Assembly (NCBI GenBank): GCA_003140175.1
Contig: PLJD01000043.1
Coordinates: forward strand, 13,271 to 77,270
DNA length: 64,000 bases
Direction of reading: 5' to 3'
From: Actinomycetota bacterium
GTDB taxonomy: Bacteria > Actinomycetota > Acidimicrobiia > IMCC26256 > PALSA-555
Part shown: piece after piece, positions 38,217 through 47,899 of the stretch
Layout: every line of letters starts with the position of its first letter
How positions within the stretch are numbered: position 1 is the stretch's first letter
Notes under the pieces: model-generated
What the model was told of the DNA's origin: nothing
Seen by the model: only the letters and a program-made list of their open reading frames with translations
Database searches by the model: none
Translations under genes and position numbers: made by a program

Positions 38217-40226
38217 GTGACCGAGTTACTCGGGTATGTCATTCGTGGCATCCCGTACGGCTGCGTGTTCGCGCTCGTCGCGATCGGCCTCGTGCTCACG
38301 TACAAGACGTCGGGCGTGTTCAATCTGGCCTTCGCCGCCCAGGCCTACGCGTCTGCCGCCGTCTACTTCCAGTTGCGGGCGAACGACGGGTGGTCGATCA
38401 TCCCGGCGTTCCTGATCGCGGTGATCGTTGTCGCTCCGCTCCTCGGCTTGGCGCTGGACCGGTTCCTGTTCCGCCATCTCCGCACGGCACCGACCGTCGC
38501 GAAGCTGGTCGTGTCGCTCGGCCTGCTGGTGGCGATCCCGGAGATCGTGAACCTGTGGTTCGGCAGTGGCCCGGCGTACGGGCCCCCGACGATCTGGCCG
38601 AGCGAGTTCGCGATCTACCACTTCGGCAGCTACGCCATCGACGGCAACCAGGCCGCCACCATGATCGCCACCGCCGTGTCGGTCGTGGGCCTGACGCTGC
38701 TCCTTCGCTACTCGACCATCGGGCTCCGGATGCGGGCGGTGGTCGAGAGCCCGAGGATGACCGCGCTCACCGGCATCAACGCCGACCGGGTCAGCGGGTT
38801 CGCGTGGATGCTGTCGAGCCTGTTCGCCGGTCTGGCGGGCGTCCTGCTCGCTCCGCTCTTTGACCAGTTGACGGTGTCGAGTTTCACCGTGCTGCTCGTC
38901 GCCGCGATCGCCGCGGCGGCGTTCGCGCGGCTGACGAGCATCCCGCTCGCGCTCCTCGGCGGTCTGCTGCTGGGGATCCTGCAAGGCATCCTCGCCGGGT
39001 ACCTCCCGGTCAACAGCGTCCTGGCGACCGGGTTGCGTCCGTCGCTGCCGTTCGTCGCGCTGTTCCTGCTCCTGCTGTTCTGGCCCGGCCTCCGGCAGAA
39101 GCGCGAGCTCACCGACCCGCTCTCGGGCGTCGACCCGCCGCCGCCCGGCCTCGCCGCGGCGCTGCGCAGCCGCGGGCTCACCGTCACCGTCCGCGCGCTC
39201 GGTGTCGCGGTCGTGCTGGCCGGTCTCGGTGTGGCCCTGTTCGCCCTGGACTCGTTCTGGCTGCTGATCGTGACGGAGGCCGTCGTGTTCTCGGTGATCT
39301 TCCTGTCGATCACCGTCATCACCGGCATGGCGGGCCAGATCTCGCTGTGCCAGGCAGCCTTCGCCGCGGTGGGCGGCTTCACCACCGCGGAGCTCGTCCA
39401 CAACTTGGGACTCCCGGTGCTCCTCACCGTGGCCATCGGCACCGTGTTCGCCGCGATCGTCGGCGGCCTCCTGGCGATCCCGGTGCTCCGTCTCAGCGGC
39501 ATCTATCTCGCGCTTGCCACCCTGGCCTTCGCGCTGATGTTCGACAGCATCTTCGTCCCGCTCAAGTGGGTCGGCGGCGGGCTCCTCCCGATCAACGTGC
39601 CGCGCCCCGCGTTCCTCGCGGGTGACCACGCGTTCTTCCTATTCAGCGTGGCGGTGCTGGTCGGCGTCGGGGTCGTTGTGATCCTTGTGCGCCGCGGCGT
39701 CAGTGGAAAGTTTCTGCAGGCCTTGCACGGCAGCGAGACGGCCTCGGCGTCGCTCGGGATCAACGCGACCCGGGCGCGAGTCGTCGCGTTCGCGCTCTCA
39801 GCCGGCATCGCTGGACTGGGCGGCGGCCTGCTCGCCATGCTGCAGAGCCAGACCAACTACACGGGGAACTTCACGCCGTTCGCCGGGCTGTTCTGGCTGG
39901 TTCTCGTCGTGACGCTCGGGTGCCAGACCGTCGAGGGCGCGATCCAGGCCGGCCTGGCGTTCGCCCTGCTCCCCCAGCTGTTCCAGCGGTTCGGGATCCC
40001 GCTCGAGTACCAGTACATCCTCTTCGGGCTCGGCGCGCTCACGTACGCGAGGAACCCCGAGGGGATCCTCGAGGCCCTGAAGCGCAAGCAGCTCGTCGCC
40101 GTCCAGCGAGCCCTCGATCGGCGCAAGCGCCGAGCCGAGCGGGGCGCCGTCCACGGGCGAGACGCCGGGCCGCCCACCGTCCCGCGGCCGGCGGCGACCG
40201 CGACCCCGAAGAAGGGGGGCTCGTGA
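38217..40226 (+). CDS. branched-chain-amino-acid-type ABC permease, LivH-LivM fusion
   Basis: 669 aa. The first half (GIPYGCVFALVAIGLVLTYKTSGVFNLAFAAQ) is LivH-like and the second half (ITVITGMAGQISLCQAAFAAVGGF) is LivM-like. Confidence 0.9.
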   Translation: MTELLGYVIRGIPYGCVFALVAIGLVLTYKTSGVFNLAFAAQAYASAAVYFQLRANDGWSIIPAFLIAVIVVAPLLGLALDRFLFRHLRTAPTVAKLVVSLGLLVAIPEIVNLWFGSGPAYGPPTIWPSEFAIYHFGSYAIDGNQAATMIATAVSVVGLTLLLRYSTIGLRMRAVVESPRMTALTGINADRVSGFAWMLSSLFAGLAGVLLAPLFDQLTVSSFTVLLVAAIAAAAFARLTSIPLALLGGLLLGILQGILAGYLPVNSVLATGLRPSLPFVALFLLLLFWPGLRQKRELTDPLSGVDPPPPGLAAALRSRGLTVTVRALGVAVVLAGLGVALFALDSFWLLIVTEAVVFSVIFLSITVITGMAGQISLCQAAFAAVGGFTTAELVHNLGLPVLLTVAIGTVFAAIVGGLLAIPVLRLSGIYLALATLAFALMFDSIFVPLKWVGGGLLPINVPRPAFLAGDHAFFLFSVAVLVGVGVVVILVRRGVSGKFLQALHGSETASASLGINATRARVVAFALSAGIAGLGGGLLAMLQSQTNYTGNFTPFAGLFWLVLVVTLGCQTVEGAIQAGLAFALLPQLFQRFGIPLEYQYILFGLGALTYARNPEGILEALKRKQLVAVQRALDRRKRRAERGAVHGRDAGPPTVPRPAATATPKKGGS

Positions 40227-41767
40227 CCCTGCTCGACGCCCGCGGCATCACGAAGCGCTTCGCCGGCATCATGGCGCTCGACGAGGTGTCGCTGTCCGTC
40301 AAGCCGGGCGAGGCCGTCGCGCTGATCGGGCCGAACGGCGCTGGGAAGACCACGCTGTTCAACTGCCTGTTCGGGATGCTGCGACCCGACAGCGGCACCG
40401 TCGTGTTCGACGGCCGCGACATCACGCGCGCGCCGGTGTACCGGCGAGCCCGACTCGGACTGGGTCGAACCTTCCAGCGGGCCGAGCTGTTCAGCGGCAT
40501 GAGCGTTCGCGATCACCTGCAGATCGCGGAGTGGGCCCGGCGCGGCGCCGGGCGCCTCTGGAGGGACTGCCTCAACCTCTCCAAGCCCACCGCCGAGCAG
40601 CGTCAGCGAGTCGACCAGATGCTCGAGCTGCTCGGGCTGGAGGATGTCGCGGATCGGCCGGTCGATTCGCTGAGTCTCGGGCGCGGCCGCCTCGTCGAGC
40701 TCGGGCGGGCGCTGATGACCGACCCCGCGCTGCTGCTGCTCGACGAGCCATCGTCCGGGCTCGACCAGCACGAGACGCGGGAGATGGTCGGCGCGCTCCA
40801 GGAGGTGCAGCGCCAGAGCGGCACCGCGGTGCTGCTCGTCGAGCACGACGTCGAGATGGTCCAGGCCTTCGCAACCCGGCTCTACGTCCTCGACTTCGGC
40901 CGGCTCATCGCGCAGGGCGGAACCGCTGAAGTCATGACGGACGACGGAGTCCGCCGGGCGTACCTCGGCGAGCTCACCACCGTCCATCCGAACGATCGTG
41001 CGGGGGAACAGCCGGCCGCGGCGGGGGAGCCGCGCCAGGACCAGGCGGGGGCGGGTTCGCCGCTCCTCGAGGTGCGCGACGTCGAGGCAGGCTACGGGCC
41101 GTTTCGCGCGGTGTTCGGGGTGTCGTTCTCGGTCGCCGACGGTGGCGTCACGGCGCTGCTCGGCGCGAACGGCGCCGGGAAGACAACGATCGCCCGCGTC
41201 GTCTCGGGGCTGATCCCCGCCACGGCCGGCCAGGTGGTCTTCGACGGCGTCGACATCACCCGGATGAAGCCGTGGCGCATCGCGCCGCTCGGCATCGTGC
41301 ACGCGCCCGAAGGACGTTCCGTGTTCGGCTCGCTCACCGTCGAGGAGAACCTCACCCTGGACTTCCGGCGCAACCTCGGCCGGGCCGGCGTCGCGCCCGG
41401 CCTCGACCGAGCCGTCGAGCTTTTCCCGCGCCTGGGCGATCGGCGCAAGCAGCTGGCGGGAACGCTGTCGGGTGGCGAGCAGCGCATGCTCTCGCTCGCC
41501 CGCGTGCTCGTCCGCTCACCCCGCTTGCTCATCGTCGACGAGCTCTCCCTGGGCCTGGCCCCGCTCATCATCGACGAGATCTACGCCACCCTGGAGACCG
41601 TGCGGCAGGCGGGCACCACGCTGCTGCTCATCGAGCAGTACGTCGGGCACGCGCTGAGGATCGCCGACGCCGCCGTGCTGCTCCAGCACGGCGAGGTCGT
41701 CTACGACGGGTCGGTCGCCGCGCTCGGTGACGTCAGCGAGCGGCTGCTCTCAGCCCGCCGCCCCTGA
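40223..41767 (+). CDS. ABC transporter ATP-binding protein, LivG-LivF fusion (two NBDs)
   Basis: Two Walker A sites (GPNGAGKTT and GANGAGKTT), two signature motifs (LSLGRGR and LSGGEQR) and an Ala/Gly/Pro-rich linker. GTG at 40223 overlaps the permease stop (GTGA). Confidence 0.9.
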   Translation: MTLLDARGITKRFAGIMALDEVSLSVKPGEAVALIGPNGAGKTTLFNCLFGMLRPDSGTVVFDGRDITRAPVYRRARLGLGRTFQRAELFSGMSVRDHLQIAEWARRGAGRLWRDCLNLSKPTAEQRQRVDQMLELLGLEDVADRPVDSLSLGRGRLVELGRALMTDPALLLLDEPSSGLDQHETREMVGALQEVQRQSGTAVLLVEHDVEMVQAFATRLYVLDFGRLIAQGGTAEVMTDDGVRRAYLGELTTVHPNDRAGEQPAAAGEPRQDQAGAGSPLLEVRDVEAGYGPFRAVFGVSFSVADGGVTALLGANGAGKTTIARVVSGLIPATAGQVVFDGVDITRMKPWRIAPLGIVHAPEGRSVFGSLTVEENLTLDFRRNLGRAGVAPGLDRAVELFPRLGDRRKQLAGTLSGGEQRMLSLARVLVRSPRLLIVDELSLGLAPLIIDEIYATLETVRQAGTTLLLIEQYVGHALRIADAAVLLQHGEVVYDGSVAALGDVSERLLSARRP

Positions 41768-41776
41768 CGCTCTCTC

Positions 41777-41798
41777 GGCCAGGGCTCAGGGCCCGGCC
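41777..41798 (+). terminator. GC-rich imperfect hairpin, possible intrinsic terminator
   Basis: GGCCAGG-GCTCAGGG-CCCGGCC gives 6 paired positions with one mismatch, 10 nt after the ATPase stop. No U-tract follows. Confidence 0.2.
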
Positions 41799-41851
41799 TC
41801 GACCCGACGGAACGCTCGCGAGCGCGCAGGATCAGGTAGAGGATCCCGAAA

Positions 41852-41873
41852 GGTGGGAGACGCTCCCCATCGT
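41852..41873. repeat. 22-nt exact copy of the 3-prime end of the P450 gene (21167-21188)
   Basis: GGTGGGAGACGCTCCCCATCGT is identical at both sites, in the same orientation. Confidence 0.75.
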
Positions 41874-41874
41874 T

Positions 41875-42039
41875 TCTCCGAAGACCCGTCCCGACGTTGA
41901 GGCTGTACGGATCCGCCAGCGTGAACTGCATGGTGAGTGGCCGCGGCGTGACCTGGGGCCAGACGTCGGCGCCGACAGCCAGCCGCTGCTCCTGCAGCTT
42001 GACCGGCTCCAGATGCTTCCCGCCCGGTGCCGCGAACAG
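41875..42039. repeat. 165-nt near-identical copy of an internal piece of the D-aminoacylase-family gene (23775-23938)
   Basis: Hand alignment shows about 98% identity with one inserted C. Track ORF 41701..41931 (minus) reads MQFTLADPYSLNVGT, identical to the aminoacylase protein. Confidence 0.9.
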
Positions 42040-42242
42040 TCGACGAGGTCTACACGACTCTGGAGACGGTGCGGCAGGCGGGGACGACCCTCCTCCTCAT
42101 CGAGCAGTACGTTGGCCACGCGCTGAGGCTCGCCGACTCGGTCGTGCTCCTCCAGCACGGCGAGGTCGTCTACGACGGATCGGCCGCCGCCCTCGGCGAC
42201 GTCTCCGAGCGACTCCTCTCGGCCAGCCCGCAGCTGACGTAG
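42040..42242 (+). pseudogene. 3-prime remnant (67 codons) of a second LivF-type ATPase gene
   Basis: DEVYTTLETVRQAGTTLLLIEQYVGHALRLADSVVLLQHGEVVYDGSAAALGDVSERLL parallels the C-terminus of the intact ATPase (41571-41767). I estimate about 85% nt identity, with mostly third-position differences. No Walker motifs and no start context. Confidence 0.75.
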
Positions 42243-42372
42243 ACCGTGGCTGGTGATCGCCGGCCTCTCGCGTTACTTCTCGAAACCCATGACCGGTCAG
42301 CAGGTTGGCGTCGACGGTGCTGCTCTCTGTAGGCGCCGATTCGGGACGGGCCTGTGAAGCCGAGAAAGAGCG

Positions 42373-43647
42373 TCAGCCGGTCGGTGTGAACTCGAGTTGC
42401 AGCGTCCGGAGACCACGGAGGATGAACGTGGGCACGTACTCGTAGCGGCGAGCGCCCGCGGGGCCGTGTGCCGTCTCCGAGATCCGGAGGTCCGAGGCGC
42501 GGGCGAGCAGTCGCTCGATGCTCACGCGGGTCTCCGCTCGAGCCAGCGGCGCGCCGGGACAGAAGTGGGTGCCGTGCCCGAACGCAAGGTGCTGCCGCGC
42601 GTTCGCGCGGCCGACGACGACCTCGTCCGGGTGCTCGAACTGGCGCGGGTCTCGGTTCGCGGCACCGTTCAAGACCATCACCGTGGTGCCCGCCGGGAGC
42701 TCGACACCGCCGACAGTCACCGGCACGCGTGACAGGCGGAAATCCCCCTTGACCGGGCTCTCGACCCGCAGGGTCTCCTCGATGAAACCGGGGATCCGGT
42801 CACGCTCGTCTCGCAGGAGCTGCTGGAGGTCGGGACGCTCGGCAACGAGCTGGAGTGCCGAGGCGAGGAGGCGCACGGTCGTCTCCTGGCCGGCGGCGAA
42901 GAGGTTCGCCGCGACGCGAACGACGTCGATGACCTCAGGCGTCGAGCCGTCGGGAAACGTCGCGGTCGCAAGACTGGTCAGCACGTCGTCGTGAGGCTCT
43001 CGCCGACGCTGCTCGACATACTCGGTGAAGCGCTGATAGAGGAACTCCAGCGGGTTCTGGGCCATGGCGTGGTCGGTGCTCCCGATCGCGCCGCCCCGGC
43101 GGTGACCACCGAGCTCCGCTCGGAACGTCTCGTGGTCGGACTCGGGCACGCCGAGGAGATCGGCGATGACCAGCATGGTGAACGGTCCCGCGAACTCGCT
43201 GATGAACTCGCATTCGCCCCGTGCGAGGAACTCGTCGATCTGACGGTCGGCGAGGCGCCACATGGACGCCTCGTTCTCGCGGAGGCGCTTCGGTGTGAGC
43301 AGGCGCATGAGTAATGCCCGGTGATCGGTGTGCGTCGGCGGATCGAGCGTCGGCAGCTGGTCGCTCATCGGCAGCTCGTCGCGGTGCTCCTCGATGAGCG
43401 CGCTCACGTCGTCGCCTTCCAGCGCGACGGGAAACCCCGGGAACGGTCCGCTCACGGAGTTACACGACGAGAATGCCACCGTGTCGTGGTACACCTCGAG
43501 GGCTTCCTCGTACCCGGTGACCATGACGACGTCGTGGTGCGTCTCGCGCTGCACCGGGCAACGCTCACGCAGAACATCGAAGTAGGGGTAGGGGTCGGCG
43601 ACGAGGGACTCGTCGCGGAAGAAGTCGACCGCGTCGAAGTCGTTCAC
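42373..43647 (-). CDS. cytochrome P450
   Basis: Motifs FGHGTHFCPGAPLAR, AAGQETTV and EETLRV. GTG start overlaps the upstream stop. Paralog of 29537..30817. Confidence 0.9.
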   Translation of the reverse strand: MNDFDAVDFFRDESLVADPYPYFDVLRERCPVQRETHHDVVMVTGYEEALEVYHDTVAFSSCNSVSGPFPGFPVALEGDDVSALIEEHRDELPMSDQLPTLDPPTHTDHRALLMRLLTPKRLRENEASMWRLADRQIDEFLARGECEFISEFAGPFTMLVIADLLGVPESDHETFRAELGGHRRGGAIGSTDHAMAQNPLEFLYQRFTEYVEQRRREPHDDVLTSLATATFPDGSTPEVIDVVRVAANLFAAGQETTVRLLASALQLVAERPDLQQLLRDERDRIPGFIEETLRVESPVKGDFRLSRVPVTVGGVELPAGTTVMVLNGAANRDPRQFEHPDEVVVGRANARQHLAFGHGTHFCPGAPLARAETRVSIERLLARASDLRISETAHGPAGARRYEYVPTFILRGLRTLQLEFTPTG

Positions 43648-44858
43648 AGGGCCGCTCCCGTGACCTTGTGCTCGATGATCTCGTCGTATGTGAGACCGAG
43701 CTCCAACAGGACCTCATCGGTGTGCTCACCATGTTCCGGAGCGCCACGCACCGCGGGAGCCGTCTCGTCGAACTGCACCGGATTCGCGGGGAGCGCGAAC
43801 TCGGCACCGCTCGTCGCGGTCAGCGTCTCGAGATACCCGTTCGCCACTACCTGTGGATCGTCGTGCACTTCGAGCGGTGTCTGCATCGGCGCCCACACGC
43901 CTTGGAGGGTCTGGAGGCGATCGCACCACTCGGCGTACGTCCGGGTGCGGAAGACGTCCCGGAGGACCTCGATGCACTCGCGCCGGTGCTCGAATCGCGC
44001 CGCCGCGTCCGCGAAGCGAGGATCGTCGAGGAGATCGGGACGCTCGAGATGCGCGCACAGGTCCGGCCAGAACCGGTCGGACTGGAGCAGCACGATCGTG
44101 ATGAAGCGTCCGTCCTTCGTCGGGTACGTACCGACGAGCGGATTCGGGATCGAGTCGCGATCGAAGGTCGGGATGTCGATGCCTTCGTAGAGCTTGGCCG
44201 AGGTCACTTCGGGAGCGAGGCTCCAGAGCCCCATGCCGAGCAACGACACGTCGACCACGGATGGGGTCCCGGTGCGCTCGCGCCGCACCAGCGCAGCCGC
44301 GATGCCGCCCGCGATGGTCAAGCCGCCGAGCACGTCGCCGAACGCGGGCCGCTGGTCGACCGGCCAACTGGCCTTCGGGTCCTTGAAGGCCATCGCCAGA
44401 CTCGCACGGGCCCAGTACGACGCGCCGTCGAACCCACCGCGACCCGCTTCGGGGCCACGCGGTCCTGTGGCCGAGCCACGCACGTAGATGGCGTGAGGGT
44501 TGCGGGCGCGGATGTGCTCGACATCGATGCCGAGCCGCGCCCGTACGTCGGGGAGGTGATTCGTGACAAACACGTCGGCCGTCTCGACCAAGCGGTAGAG
44601 CAGCTCGCGCCCAGCGTCGGACGAGAGGTCGAGGCCGACGGACCGCTTGCCGCGGTTCGGTACCTCGAACATGAAGTTGACGCCGGTGTCCCCCGGCACG
44701 AGCCCGGACGAGACCAAGCCGCGCTGCGGATCTCCGTGCGCGGGGTGCTCGACCTTGATCACGTCGGCGCCCCACTCGGCGAGGACGGCACCGGAGATCG
44801 GCACGAACGTCCAGGCCGCCACCTCGACGACCCGGATCCCTGCCAGCACGTCCTGCAT
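43644..44858 (-). CDS. family III CoA-transferase (CaiB/BaiF/alpha-methylacyl-CoA-racemase family)
   Basis: MQDVLAGIRVVEVAAWTFVPISGAVLAEWGADVIKVEHP. The ATG at 44858 is preferred to the GTG at 44918. Confidence 0.85.
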   Translation of the reverse strand: MQDVLAGIRVVEVAAWTFVPISGAVLAEWGADVIKVEHPAHGDPQRGLVSSGLVPGDTGVNFMFEVPNRGKRSVGLDLSSDAGRELLYRLVETADVFVTNHLPDVRARLGIDVEHIRARNPHAIYVRGSATGPRGPEAGRGGFDGASYWARASLAMAFKDPKASWPVDQRPAFGDVLGGLTIAGGIAAALVRRERTGTPSVVDVSLLGMGLWSLAPEVTSAKLYEGIDIPTFDRDSIPNPLVGTYPTKDGRFITIVLLQSDRFWPDLCAHLERPDLLDDPRFADAAARFEHRRECIEVLRDVFRTRTYAEWCDRLQTLQGVWAPMQTPLEVHDDPQVVANGYLETLTATSGAEFALPANPVQFDETAPAVRGAPEHGEHTDEVLLELGLTYDEIIEHKVTGAAL

Positions 44859-44970
44859 CGCAGCCCTTTCGCGCGCCCCGCCGCGGCCGGACGGGCTATT
44901 GGCGGTTACCGCATTCACACTCTAGGAGAGGGAGATTTCCACAGCAATCGGCCCCCTGCTGGACCGTGCT

Positions 44971-45948
44971 TCACAGCTCGATCAGGGTCGGGACGCTTCG
45001 GGCCGCGACCAGCCGCCGGCCGACATCCACCACGATCTCGTCGGCTGATCCGAAGACTCCTTCGAGGGCCATGGTCCGCTTCAGGTACCGGTGGAAGGGG
45101 TGGTCGGTGGTGAAGCCGATGCCCGCCAACACCTGCTGGCAGTGGGCGGTGACGGTCCGGTTCGTCCGGCCGGCGATCGCCTTCGCGACCGCCGCCGTGT
45201 CGGGACTCGACTCGTCCCACGCGGCGCACACGCTCGCCTCGAGGGCCTCGACGGCCACCAGGGAGTCGGCCAGCCGGTGACGGACGGCCTGGAAGCCTGC
45301 GACCGGGCGACCGAACTGCACCCGATCCAGGGCGTGGGCGCGCGCCAGGTCGAGCATGGCCCGGTCGGCTCCTGCGATCTGACGTGCCACGGCGCGTCGA
45401 CCGCACGCGACCGCCGCGTCCCAGGTGGCGGTGGCGAGCGGCACCGCATCCGCTGCAGGAACCTCCCCCCGGACCAGACGCAGCCCGCCGTCGGGATCGA
45501 CGCCGTACACAGCGCCGACGTCTGCGACGGTCCGCGGCACGGTCACGGTCCGGAGCTCCACCCCCGCGGCGCACACGACCAGGAGCTCGGCTGCGGTCGC
45601 GGCTCGTACGGAGGCGATTCCGCGCAGGTGCACCCGGTCGCCATCGAGGGACCCCGGCGGTCCCCACCCGGCGAACCAGGGGAGGAGGACGGCGAGGTCG
45701 GGGCGCGGCTGCGCGCCAAGGCCGGCTGCGAGCACGTCGTCGAGGACTGTCGCCGTGGCGTTGGTGCGGCCGAGCGCACCGAACACGATCTCGATCGCGT
45801 CGCGTGGCTCGGCGCACAGCATCTCCCGCCATCCGATCCGGACGAGGGCCTCGTCGACGGCTGCACGGTCGTCGGTCGAGGCCGACGCGTCCGCGATCGC
45901 GTCTTCGACCGTCGACCGGAGCAGCGCCCGCTCCGCATCTTCCATCAT
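44971..45948 (-). CDS. acyl-CoA dehydrogenase family protein, short beta-type subunit
   Basis: 325 aa. It shows only C-terminal-domain similarity (RVQFGRPVAGFQAVRHRLAD...GIGFTTDHPFHRYL). ATGA overlap with the upstream full-length ACAD. Confidence 0.8.
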   Translation of the reverse strand: MMEDAERALLRSTVEDAIADASASTDDRAAVDEALVRIGWREMLCAEPRDAIEIVFGALGRTNATATVLDDVLAAGLGAQPRPDLAVLLPWFAGWGPPGSLDGDRVHLRGIASVRAATAAELLVVCAAGVELRTVTVPRTVADVGAVYGVDPDGGLRLVRGEVPAADAVPLATATWDAAVACGRRAVARQIAGADRAMLDLARAHALDRVQFGRPVAGFQAVRHRLADSLVAVEALEASVCAAWDESSPDTAAVAKAIAGRTNRTVTAHCQQVLAGIGFTTDHPFHRYLKRTMALEGVFGSADEIVVDVGRRLVAARSVPTLIEL

Positions 45949-47132
45949 CCGTCGTCCCCCAGGTCGAGGAGCCGTCGGGCGATGATGTTGCGTTGCACCT
46001 CCGCGGTACCGCCGTAGATCGTCGCAGCCCGAGAATAGAGGTACTCGCTGCGCCAGGTCGCGCCGATGACGCCGTCATCCATCTCGACCACCCCCGGCAG
46101 GAGCCGTCGGGCGGCGTCGTAGATCGACTGCTCTGCGGTCGCCACGAGCAACTTGTCGATCGAGGTCTCCGCGCCGAGCGTCGCTCCGTCAGCCAGCCGG
46201 TGCTGGGTAGCGCGCGACCGCGCCCGAAGCGCGTGGAGCTGCACGAACGCGTCGCCGACAACCTCCGCGGTGCGGTCGTCGTCGGGAGCGATGTCGACGA
46301 GCAGCTGGAGCCGTCGGTAGAGGTAGGCGATGCGCTGCCAGAAGCACGAGGAGCGCTCGTACGGAAGGATGCTCATCGCGACGGCCCAGCCCCCGTGCAG
46401 CTCGCCGAGCATGCGGTCGGCGGGCACGACCACCTCGTCGAAGAAGACCTCGGCGAACTCGCGCATCCCGTTGATCATCTCGAGTGGAGCGACGGAGATC
46501 CCCGGCGAGTCCATGTCGACGAAGAACGCGGTGATGCCCCGGTGGCGCGAGTCCGGCGGTCCGGTGCGGGTCAAGAGGACGCAGCGGTCGGCGTACTGGG
46601 CGAGGCTGGTCCAGACCTTCTGGCCGTTGATGATCCACGCCGATGCAGTCGCCGCGTCGCCGTCCGGCCGGGCCTGGCACGCCAACGATGACAGGTCGCT
46701 GCCGGTGCCGGGCTCGGAGAACCCCTGGCACCACATCTCGGCGCCCGAGAGGAGGCGGGGGACGACCTTCGCCGCGAGCGCGGGCGGCGAGAATTCGATG
46801 AGCGTGGGTGCGAGCACCTCGATGAGGGAGTAGAGCCCTGGGTCCGTGAGGTCACGTGCGGCGATCGACGCGCCGAGCTCGGTCCGGAGCATCGGTGAGC
46901 CGCCCAACCCCCCGACGCGCTCGGGCCAGCCGTACCGCATCCAGCCCGCGTCGAACAGGAGCGACTTCACACGCTGCATCTGCGCGACGTGCTCGTCGAG
47001 CGTGCCCGGCGGCGAGTACCGCGGAGCGAGCTCCGCGTGGTGCTCATCGAGCCAGGCCTGCAGTGCGGCGCGGTACTCGGCGATCGTCACCCGGTCCGCG
47101 TCCAGGAGGGCGGCCGGTGACGGCGTCGTCAT
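45945..47132 (-). CDS. acyl-CoA dehydrogenase (alpha-type subunit)
   Basis: Motifs WCQGFSEPGTGSDL, GQKVWTS and GGTAEVQRNIIARRLL. ATG at 47132 overlaps the SDR stop. Confidence 0.9.
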   Translation of the reverse strand: MTTPSPAALLDADRVTIAEYRAALQAWLDEHHAELAPRYSPPGTLDEHVAQMQRVKSLLFDAGWMRYGWPERVGGLGGSPMLRTELGASIAARDLTDPGLYSLIEVLAPTLIEFSPPALAAKVVPRLLSGAEMWCQGFSEPGTGSDLSSLACQARPDGDAATASAWIINGQKVWTSLAQYADRCVLLTRTGPPDSRHRGITAFFVDMDSPGISVAPLEMINGMREFAEVFFDEVVVPADRMLGELHGGWAVAMSILPYERSSCFWQRIAYLYRRLQLLVDIAPDDDRTAEVVGDAFVQLHALRARSRATQHRLADGATLGAETSIDKLLVATAEQSIYDAARRLLPGVVEMDDGVIGATWRSEYLYSRAATIYGGTAEVQRNIIARRLLDLGDDG

Positions 47133-47899
47133 GGGCGCGGGAGACCGATCGGACGGGGCGTCACGGTGACGGATGGCACCGACATGCTCGAGCCGCCCCG
47201 GAGCACCGTCTCGACGATGTTCACGAGCTCGTCGACCTCGATGAGTGAACCGCTCAGATAGCTGCGCGCGATCCACAGCGGGTGGAGCTCAGCGGCCAGG
47301 TCCTGGTCCCACCCGCGAGCGAACGCCGTCGTCGAGTCGCCATCCCCGCCGGCACAGTCGCCGACGACGAGACGGGTGAAGCCGATACCGCCGTGCTCCG
47401 CGCGCCAGGCCTCGACCAGTTTGTCGAGTGCCGCTTTGCTCACTGCATAGGCACCGAGGCCGGGCCAGGGAGGCGTGAGCGACGCGCTGACCGAGGACAG
47501 GTAGACCGCGGCTCCCGCCGACTCGGCGAGGTGGGGGAGCGCGGCGGTCGTGACGAGCGCCGCGCCCGTCACGTTGGTGTCGAAGACACGACGCCACGTG
47601 TCGGCGTCGGTGTCGGCAAGCCGTGCCAGCGGGCCGATCCCGGGCGCGTAGACGAGGGCGTCGATCCCGCCGAGCCCGGTCGCCGCTTCCGTGATGGCCA
47701 CCCCGCAGGATCCGGCGTCGGTGACGTCGCACTCGATCGCCAGTGCACCCGAACCGGCCTCCTCGGCGGCGGCCTCGAGTCGTTGCCGCCGTCGGGCCAG
47801 CAGCGCAACCCGCGCACCCCGTTCCGCGAGCCCGATCCCGATGCAGCGCCCGAGACCGCTCGAGGCGCCAACGACGACGGCCCGCAACGGTCGCTTCAT
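47129..47899 (-). CDS. short-chain dehydrogenase/reductase
   Basis: AVVVGASSGLGRCIGIGL and YAVSKAAL. Paralog of 15262..16020. Confidence 0.85.
   Translation of the reverse strand: MKRPLRAVVVGASSGLGRCIGIGLAERGARVALLARRRQRLEAAAEEAGSGALAIECDVTDAGSCGVAITEAATGLGGIDALVYAPGIGPLARLADTDADTWRRVFDTNVTGAALVTTAALPHLAESAGAAVYLSSVSASLTPPWPGLGAYAVSKAALDKLVEAWRAEHGGIGFTRLVVGDCAGGDGDSTTAFARGWDQDLAAELHPLWIARSYLSGSLIEVDELVNIVETVLRGGSSMSVPSVTVTPRPIGLPRP

Noticed and set aside
41813-41824. Perfect 12-nt palindrome CGCTCGCGAGCG just upstream of the fragment patchwork
   Set aside because: It is a pure CG-rich palindrome of the kind common in high-GC DNA. It has no second copy and no obvious relation to the junctions, so I mention it only in case the junctions are examined.
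42376-42386. CCGGTCGGTGT, a half-site of the ACCGACC/GGTCGGT motif (another lies near 12631)
   Set aside because: Both lie inside coding sequence (P450 C-terminus, BVMO) and are single half-sites. This is expected by chance in GC-rich DNA.
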